Shown here one piece after another: positions 58,543 to 64,000 of a DNA stretch of 64,000 bases (within the stretch, counting starts at the first letter, position 1; every line of letters begins with the position of its first letter). The notes under the pieces are model-generated. The model was not told the origin of the DNA, searched no databases, and was given only the letters and a program-made list of their open reading frames with translations. A program made the translations under genes and the position numbers. The stretch comes from an uncultured Thermoleophilia bacterium (GTDB lineage Bacteria > Actinomycetota > Thermoleophilia > UBA2241), in NCBI GenBank assembly GCA_963751215.1, contig CAVVTV010000025.1, forward strand, positions 58,745 to 122,744. The letters run 5' to 3'.

Positions 58543-60285
58543 ATGCACGATCAGACGATGAGGCACGGCCCGCGGCCCTTCCGGCTGCGGGCCGTGCTCT
58601 TTGACTTCGACGGCACGCTCACGCGTCCCGGAGCCCTCGACTTCGCCGCCATCAAGCGCGATCTCGGCTGCCCACCCGAGCGCTTCGTGCTCGAATGGAT
58701 AGCGGCACTGCCGCAGGGCGCGCGGCGCGCGGCGGCGCTCGCCGCCCTGGAGAGATTCGAGATGGCGGCGGCCGCGGAGTCGGTGCCCAACGAGGGTGCC
58801 GAAGACCTCGTGCGGCGTCTCCGTGGGCGCGGGCTCCCCGTGGGCATTCTCACGCGCAATGGCCTGGCTGCCGTACGGCGTGCCTTCGCGCGCTTCCGTG
58901 ACCTCACACCGTCCGATTTCGACGTGATCGTGACGCGCGACGACGATGTGCTTCCCAAGCCGGCGCCAGACGGCGTGCTGCGCGCCGCGGCAGCCATGCG
59001 GGCGGAGGCCGCCGAGACCCTGGTGGTGGGCGACTATCTGCTCGACATGCAGGCTGGCCGCGCCGCCGCGGCGGTGACCGCGTACCTCACCAACACGTGC
59101 GCGGCGATGGCCGGCCGCCGGGAAGCCGGCGATGGGCTCCGCCGCAAGCCGCGCCTCGGCGCAGACGTTGACGACCAGGGCCGCCCGGACGGCGCCGACT
59201 TCGTGGTCGGCACCCTGGCCGAGCTGGACGAAGTGGTACGGCTCGGCCTGCCCTTGCCGCAGGGCAAGCTGCCCAACGATCTGCTGGCTCGGTACTTGGC
59301 CGACATCGTCTGCCGCGACCCGGCCGTGCTCGTGCCCGCGGGCGTGGGCGAAGACGTTACCGCCCTCGACGTGCGGGGCACCGAGGTCATCGTCGCGCAC
59401 GGCGACCCCATAACGCTCAGCGGTCACTCGCCGGGCCGCTACGCCGTGCTGGTGAATGCCAACGACATCGCCGCCTCGGGCGGCGTACCGCGCTGGCTTC
59501 TGGCCACGGTACTGCTGCCACTCGGTTCTACCGCCTCCCAGGCCCTCGCCGTGCTGGGGGACGTGCACGGCACGGCGGCGGAGGCCGGGATCACCCTGGT
59601 TGGCGGGCACACCGAGGTGAGCGCCGCCGTTAACCGCCCTGTGGTATCGGCGACCATGATCGGCGCCCTGGGCCGGGCGGAGCTTCGCGACAAGCGCGAC
59701 GTGCGGCCCGGCGACGCGCTGATCCTCACCAAGGCGCTCGCCGTGGAGGGCACGGCGCTGCTCGCCGAGGAGCTGGGCGAGCGCCTGCGGGCTCTCGGCA
59801 TGGACGAAGCCGAGCTCGCGGCCTGCCGCGGCCTCACGGACCGTCTGAGCATAGTGCCCGAGGCGCGCCTGGCTGCCGGCTTCGCCGGCGTGCGCGCCCT
59901 GCACGACGTCACCGAAGGGGGGCTCGCGACCGCTTTGAGCGAGCTGTGCACGGCCTGCCGTCACGGCATCACGGTGCGCCGCGAGCGCGTGCCCGTGCTG
60001 CCCGAGACCGCCCGGCTCTGCGACCTTCTGGGCGCCGACCCGCTGGGCCTGATCGGCTCCGGCAGCCTGCTCATCTGCTCCCGGCCAGACGCAGCCGCAG
60101 AGCTACTCGGCGCATTGCGGGGCGCCGGCCTGCCGGCGGCCCACATCGGCGAGGTCACCGAGCCGGGCGGCGGCGTGACTGCGCTAGAGCACGGCCGTCC
60201 GGCCCCTTGGCCGTATTTCGCCGTCGACGAGGCCGCGCGACTGCTGCAACAAGCCCGGGCAGCCCAGGAACCCCGCGAGGATTGA
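58543..60285 (+). CDS. Fusion of HAD-superfamily phosphatase domain and PurM-fold (AIR synthase-related / HypE-ThiL-SelD-like) domain
   Basis: Track ORF 58069..60285 trimmed to ATG 58543 with SD AAGGAGG. HAD motifs FDFDGTLT, ILTRN, KPAPDG, VGDYLLDMQAG. PurM-like ...GKLPNDLLARYL...GEDVTALD...NANDIAASGG...VGGHTE...PGDALILTK...ALHDVTEGGL... Confidence 0.75.
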   Translation: MHDQTMRHGPRPFRLRAVLFDFDGTLTRPGALDFAAIKRDLGCPPERFVLEWIAALPQGARRAAALAALERFEMAAAAESVPNEGAEDLVRRLRGRGLPVGILTRNGLAAVRRAFARFRDLTPSDFDVIVTRDDDVLPKPAPDGVLRAAAAMRAEAAETLVVGDYLLDMQAGRAAAAVTAYLTNTCAAMAGRREAGDGLRRKPRLGADVDDQGRPDGADFVVGTLAELDEVVRLGLPLPQGKLPNDLLARYLADIVCRDPAVLVPAGVGEDVTALDVRGTEVIVAHGDPITLSGHSPGRYAVLVNANDIAASGGVPRWLLATVLLPLGSTASQALAVLGDVHGTAAEAGITLVGGHTEVSAAVNRPVVSATMIGALGRAELRDKRDVRPGDALILTKALAVEGTALLAEELGERLRALGMDEAELAACRGLTDRLSIVPEARLAAGFAGVRALHDVTEGGLATALSELCTACRHGITVRRERVPVLPETARLCDLLGADPLGLIGSGSLLICSRPDAAAELLGALRGAGLPAAHIGEVTEPGGGVTALEHGRPAPWPYFAVDEAARLLQQARAAQEPRED

Positions 60286-60298
60286 CGAGCGCCGCGCG

Positions 60299-60832
60299 CT
60301 ACAGCGCCGTCAGCTGCCAGTCGACGTTGAGCTCGTCGCAGAGACGCCCGAGCGCCTCGCGGAGCGCGGCCACGGGCGTCGCCGCCGGCACCGAGACGAT
60401 GAGCTCCATCTCGAAGAGCGGCGCGTTGGTGTACGGGGCCGGGCGCAGCGCCGAGTCGACGCTCTCGATGTTCACACCCAGGTCGCCGAGGAGGTGCGCG
60501 ACCGATTGCATGATCCCGGGGTGGTCCATGGCCCAAGTGTTCAGCCGGTACGGCATGGCCAGCGCGGCAGCGGCCGGCGGCAGGTCGGCGGCGCGCAGCT
60601 CGGCGTGCACGCCGCTACGGCTCTGCAACCCCTCAAGACCATCCTGTAGCCGCCCGCGCACCTCGGCGCCTCCGGCGACCAGCATCACGATGGCAAACTG
60701 GCCGTGGAGGTTGACCATGCGGCTGTCTTCGACGTTGCCGCCGCACGAAAGCACGAAGCGCGTGACCTCGTCAACGAGGCCCGGACGGTCGCCACCGATC
60801 GCCGACAACACGGAATGATGCGCGCTGTTCAC
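60299..60832 (-). CDS. gcvR: GcvR-like tandem ACT-domain regulatory protein
   Basis: 177 aa, GTG start; ...LSAIGGDRPGLVDEVTRFVLSCGGNVEDSRMVNLHGQFAIVMLVAG... and a second ACT ...MDHPGIMQSVAHLLGDLGVNIESV... Confidence 0.7.
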   Translation of the reverse strand: MNSAHHSVLSAIGGDRPGLVDEVTRFVLSCGGNVEDSRMVNLHGQFAIVMLVAGGAEVRGRLQDGLEGLQSRSGVHAELRAADLPPAAAALAMPYRLNTWAMDHPGIMQSVAHLLGDLGVNIESVDSALRPAPYTNAPLFEMELIVSVPAATPVAALREALGRLCDELNVDWQLTAL

Positions 60833-60838
60833 GGCGCG

Positions 60839-60844
60839 ACCCTA
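60839..60844 (-). promoter_or_regulatory. Putative -10 box TAGGGT, 6 nt upstream of the gcvR-like GTG (leaderless)
   Basis: Minus strand gcgcTAGGGTcgcgccGTGaac. Confidence 0.3.
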
Positions 60845-60977
60845 GCGCGCCGGCCCAGCGTGCGCAAGCACTGGCGGTCCCGGCTAGCAGGTGACCGCCG
60901 CGGCGGCGGGCAGGCGGCGCGAGACTGCGGCGCCCGCCCCTGGGCATCTGCGGTGCACGCGCCGCCTCCTCTTCGGG

Positions 60978-60983
60978 TAGAGT
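60978..60983 (+). promoter_or_regulatory. Putative -10 box TAGAGT, 7 nt upstream of ATG 60991 (leaderless)
   Basis: cgggTAGAGTgacggtgATGacc. Confidence 0.4.
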
Positions 60984-60990
60984 GACGGTG

Positions 60991-63474
60991 ATGACCACAG
61001 GGCAGACCTACAGAGCCGACCTGCACGTGCACTCCCGGTGTTCGGACACACCGACCAATCGCGGCATCCGTGCCTTCCGCGGTCACGAGTCCTACACCGA
61101 GCCGGCCGCGGTGTATGCCGCGGCGCGCTCCCGCGGCATGGATTTCGTGACCATCACGGACCACAACACGCTGCGCGGATCCCTGCTGATCGCCCATCTG
61201 CCGGGCACCTTCCTCAGCACCGAGCTCGACACGTGGTTCCCCGAGAACGGCTGCAAGGTGCACGTACTGGCGCTGAACATCGACGAGCGCACCTTCGCCG
61301 AGGCCGACCGCGCCCGCTCCTCCATCTACGACCTCGTCGCCTGCCTGCGCGAGGCCGGCGTGCCGCACGTGCTCGCCCATCCCCTCTTCGATATGACCGG
61401 CAAGCTCACCGCCGACATAGTGGAGAAGCTGCTGCTGCTCTTCAACGTCCTCGAGGGTCGCAACGGATCCCGTGTCGATCGTTGCAACGGCCTGCTCGGC
61501 GATATCGTCGCGGCCCTCACACCGGAGGCGCTCGCAGACATGGCCGCGCGCCAGGGCATCGAACCATACGGCGAGGCGCCCTGGCGCAAGGCGCTCACCG
61601 GCGGCTCGGACGACCACTCCGGGCTGTTCGTCGGCGGTGCCCACACCGTCGCCGCGGGCGACGGCACGCTGCACGGGTTCCTGGAGGCCGTCGGCCACGG
61701 CGACTGCGCACCGGGCGGCGAAGACGGCGATGCGCGCCTGCTGGCACACGCCATCTACACCGCCTCGTTCTGGCGCATCCGCGAGCTCCTGCGCCTCGAT
61801 GAGCCTGAACCACGGCAACGCGCGCTCAAGCTCATCCGCAAGGGATTCGGCCGCATCGGTCGCGACGTGCCCATTCTCGAGAAGACCGTGCGCGGCGTGC
61901 GTAGCGTCGCACCGGGCCTGTACCGCGACGACGAACGCCGCGGCCCGGCCTGGGAAGATCTCCTCGAACGTGAGATAGGCTCGCTTCTCGGCGATCCGCG
62001 CGGCCTCAGCGCGGTCAACGTCCGCGAGCTCAACCGGCGCATCTTCAGCGTGTCGCAACGTCTCGCCGACGACGTTGCCACCCTGCACTTGCAGCCGCTC
62101 GTCGACCCCGAGGTAGCCACCACTCGCAAACAGCGGCTGCAGTCGAGCTTCGCCGTGGGCATGGTGCACTTTCTGCAGATGCCTCACTTCATAGCCTGGA
62201 GCGTGCAGAGCCGCGACCGTGCCTCTCAGGAGCGCCTGCGCCGGCACTTTCTCGGTGGCCAGCCGCGGCGGCCCAAGGTAGCGGTGTTCACCGACACGTT
62301 CGCCGAGGTGAACGGCGTCTCGGTGAGCATCCGGCGTCTGAGCGAGACAGCGGCGGCCCGCGGCATCGATCTTGAGGTCATCACCTCCACGGCCGCACCC
62401 ACCGGCTGGCAGGACGGTGCCATGAACTTCCAGGCCCTCGCCTGGCGACCGCTGCCGCCCAACCCCGACTATCCCCTCGTGGTGCCGCCTCTGGTAGATG
62501 TACTCGACTACCTGGAGGAGAACGACTTCACGGCGATCCACGTCAGCACCGCGAGCGGCGTGGGGCTCGTCGCCCTTCTGGCCGCCAAACTGCTGCACTT
62601 GCCCATCACGGGAGCCTTTCACACCGATCTGCCGCGCTACGCGGAACGTCTCTGCCCGGGATCGCTGGCACAGAAGCAGACGTGGCGCTACGTGATCTGG
62701 TTCTACGGACTGCTCGACGAAGTGCTCGTACCGTCGCGCACCACCGCCCGCGACCTCGTGGCCCGCGGCCTCGATCCCAACCGCGTGCGCATCCTGCCGT
62801 CGTGGGTTGACGCGGAGCTCTTCTCGCCGGAGCGTGGCGACGCCGCGTTACGCACCAGGCACAGTCTCAACGGCGAGCCGCTGCTCGTCTACGCGGGCCG
62901 CGTGTCACGCGAGAAGAGCGTCGACGTGCTGGCCCGCGCCTTCCGTGATGTGATCGACGCCGGCCAGCACGCCCACCTGCTGATCGCCGGCGACGGTCCG
63001 TACCGCGCCGAGATGGAGAGGCTGCTGACCGGCTACCCGGCCACCTTCCTCGGCTTTATCCCGCAGGACGAGCTGGCCGGGGTGTACGCGGCCAGCGATC
63101 TTCTGGTGTTTCCCAGCTGCACCGATACCTGCGGGCTGGTAGTGCTCGAGGCGCAGGCCGCCGGGCTGCCGGTGATCGTCTGCGACCGGGGCGGTCCGGG
63201 CGAATACGTGCGCCCCGGCGATACGGGCCTGGTGGTGCGCGGCGACGATCGTAGCGCCCTGGCGGGAGCCATGAGCACGCTCCTCGCCGACGACGCCCGG
63301 CGGCGAGCGATGGGCGCGGCCGCGCGGGCCCACGTGCTGGGCATCGCCGGCGCGCCGCACGTGCACGGCGACGCCATCCTCAGCGGTCTTCAGGCACCGG
63401 CGCCCGCTCCCGGCTGGCGCCGCCCCGACGCGGTGAGAAACGTGGCGAGGCGGCGCGTCGGCGGGCACAGGTAG
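60991..63474 (+). CDS. Fusion of N-terminal PHP phosphoesterase domain and C-terminal GT4-type glycosyltransferase
   Basis: Track ORF 60982..63474; ATG 60991 preferred (the GTG at 60982 lies in the -10 box). PHP: YRADLHVHSRCSD...FVTITDHNT...LAHPLF...GGSDDHSG. GT4: ...KVAVFTDTFAEVNGVS..., ...GRVSREKSVDVL..., ...FPSCTDTCGLVVLEAQAAGLPVIV... Confidence 0.8.
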   Translation: MTTGQTYRADLHVHSRCSDTPTNRGIRAFRGHESYTEPAAVYAAARSRGMDFVTITDHNTLRGSLLIAHLPGTFLSTELDTWFPENGCKVHVLALNIDERTFAEADRARSSIYDLVACLREAGVPHVLAHPLFDMTGKLTADIVEKLLLLFNVLEGRNGSRVDRCNGLLGDIVAALTPEALADMAARQGIEPYGEAPWRKALTGGSDDHSGLFVGGAHTVAAGDGTLHGFLEAVGHGDCAPGGEDGDARLLAHAIYTASFWRIRELLRLDEPEPRQRALKLIRKGFGRIGRDVPILEKTVRGVRSVAPGLYRDDERRGPAWEDLLEREIGSLLGDPRGLSAVNVRELNRRIFSVSQRLADDVATLHLQPLVDPEVATTRKQRLQSSFAVGMVHFLQMPHFIAWSVQSRDRASQERLRRHFLGGQPRRPKVAVFTDTFAEVNGVSVSIRRLSETAAARGIDLEVITSTAAPTGWQDGAMNFQALAWRPLPPNPDYPLVVPPLVDVLDYLEENDFTAIHVSTASGVGLVALLAAKLLHLPITGAFHTDLPRYAERLCPGSLAQKQTWRYVIWFYGLLDEVLVPSRTTARDLVARGLDPNRVRILPSWVDAELFSPERGDAALRTRHSLNGEPLLVYAGRVSREKSVDVLARAFRDVIDAGQHAHLLIAGDGPYRAEMERLLTGYPATFLGFIPQDELAGVYAASDLLVFPSCTDTCGLVVLEAQAAGLPVIVCDRGGPGEYVRPGDTGLVVRGDDRSALAGAMSTLLADDARRRAMGAAARAHVLGIAGAPHVHGDAILSGLQAPAPAPGWRRPDAVRNVARRRVGGHR

Positions 63475-63945
63475 TTACTCGCTCTCGGCCAGCAGCGCGT
63501 AGATGCGCTTGCGCGCCTCGGCGAGGATCTCGATGGTCTTGTCGACCTGCTCGGCCGACCCGGCGCCAGCCACTTGTCTGGTCGCCGCGATAAGCTGGAA
63601 CACCGATCTGCCAAACTTGACGCGGGGGCTCTCCTCGCCGCCCTCGGCGGTCTCCCAGGGAGCACCCCAGCGCTCCTTGCTCTTCTCGGCCTCGGCCTTG
63701 CCCTCCTCGGTAAGCGAGAACACGCGGCGACCTTCAACCTCCTCACCCCTCACGAAACCCTGGTCTTCGAGGAGCTGTAGGGTGGGGTATACCGAGCCTG
63801 GGCTCGGGCGCCACATGCCGCCGCTGCGTTCCTCGAGGTGCTGCATGATCTGGTAGCCGTGCATGGGCTCCTCGGCCAGCACCGAGAGGATGGCGGCGCG
63901 CACGTTGCCGCGACGCGCCCGCGACCAGGGTCCGTGGCCGCGCAT
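63475..63945 (-). CDS. PadR-family transcriptional regulator
   Basis: ...VRAAILSVLAEEPMHGYQIMQHLEERSGGMWRPSPGSVYPTLQLLEDQGFV... The reading frame stays open upstream to the window end (…FKFSGPGGHGFHGMRGHG…), so the true start may lie beyond base 64000. Its stop abuts the PHP-GT4 stop. Confidence 0.85.
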   Translation of the reverse strand: MRGHGPWSRARRGNVRAAILSVLAEEPMHGYQIMQHLEERSGGMWRPSPGSVYPTLQLLEDQGFVRGEEVEGRRVFSLTEEGKAEAEKSKERWGAPWETAEGGEESPRVKFGRSVFQLIAATRQVAGAGSAEQVDKTIEILAEARKRIYALLAESE

Positions 63946-64000
63946 GCCGTGGAAGCCATGACCTCCAGGCCCGCTGAACTTGAAGCGCGCCGGGCCGCAG

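Noticed and set aside
1-64000. tRNA, rRNA, transposase/integrase, prophage, toxin-antitoxin or known defence-system genes.
   Set aside because: I scanned all spacers over 100 bp and all ORFs over 60 aa. I recognised no T-arm (GTTCGAATC-like) or rRNA signatures, no DDE/tyrosine-recombinase motifs and no defence-gene hallmarks. The window looks like a core chromosome rather than an island.

Overview
This is a GC-rich bacterial chromosomal segment (by eye well above 60% G+C, not computed). It is almost fully coding, with about 65 protein genes on both strands. I see no rRNA, tRNA, CRISPR array, transposase or integrase. The taxon cannot be determined from the window. The gene content (ccdA/resA-like pair, class A PBP, AOR/Ior genes, many leaderless-type starts) suggests a Gram-positive-type high-GC anaerobe or facultative anaerobe; this is inference only.

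Content from left to right:
- Start of a complex I operon: nuoA-B-C-D-H, then an open-ended chimeric NuoI-N-terminus/NuoE-like gene.
- tatA/B-tatC, a class A PBP and a DUF2079 membrane protein.
- A 2-oxoacid/aromatic amino acid block: iorA-iorB-ACT-paaK, then a tungsten-type aldehyde:ferredoxin oxidoreductase translationally coupled to a class II aldolase.
- A degenerate GGDEF protein, a small protein and a Roadblock/LC7 protein.
- Lipid kinase, PHP phosphatase, rhomboid and a LuxR-type response regulator.
- YdiJ-like FAD/FeS oxidase, a ccdA plus thioredoxin-like pair, galE and an Rrf2 regulator.
- pncA/pncB.
- An operon of a degenerate CobB/CbiA-like protein plus two paralogous GT-C-like membrane proteins.
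- HK-RR-GGDEF signalling genes, BlaI-like repressor, TauE/DUF1634, arfB, hydrolases, DUF2252, pirin and an MFS transporter.
- A ~1530-aa BCR/HAD-family (PlsA/Ger-like) protein.
- Zincin, TetR, a secreted C1 peptidase, a HAD-PurM-like fusion, gcvR-like, a PHP-GT4 fusion and PadR.

Many ORFs in the supplied track are alternative-frame or antisense artefacts of high GC, or carry over-long N-termini. I trimmed starts where conserved N-termini, SD sequences or -10 boxes support it.

Most notable observations:
1. The pseudo-CobB plus tandem GT-C-like operon.
2. The giant PlsA/Ger-like gene with a downstream small membrane protein.
3. The nuoI'/nuoE chimera and the nuoD-nuoH adjacency.
4. A recurrent TANNNT hexamer 6-9 nt upstream of start codons, implying leaderless mRNAs.
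5. A 164-bp palindromic intergenic element with a second partial copy, both directly after stop codons.
6. Two small Arg-rich ORFs sharing DRR(V/A)GERR next to signalling genes.

All family assignments are motif recognition by eye. No database search was run.
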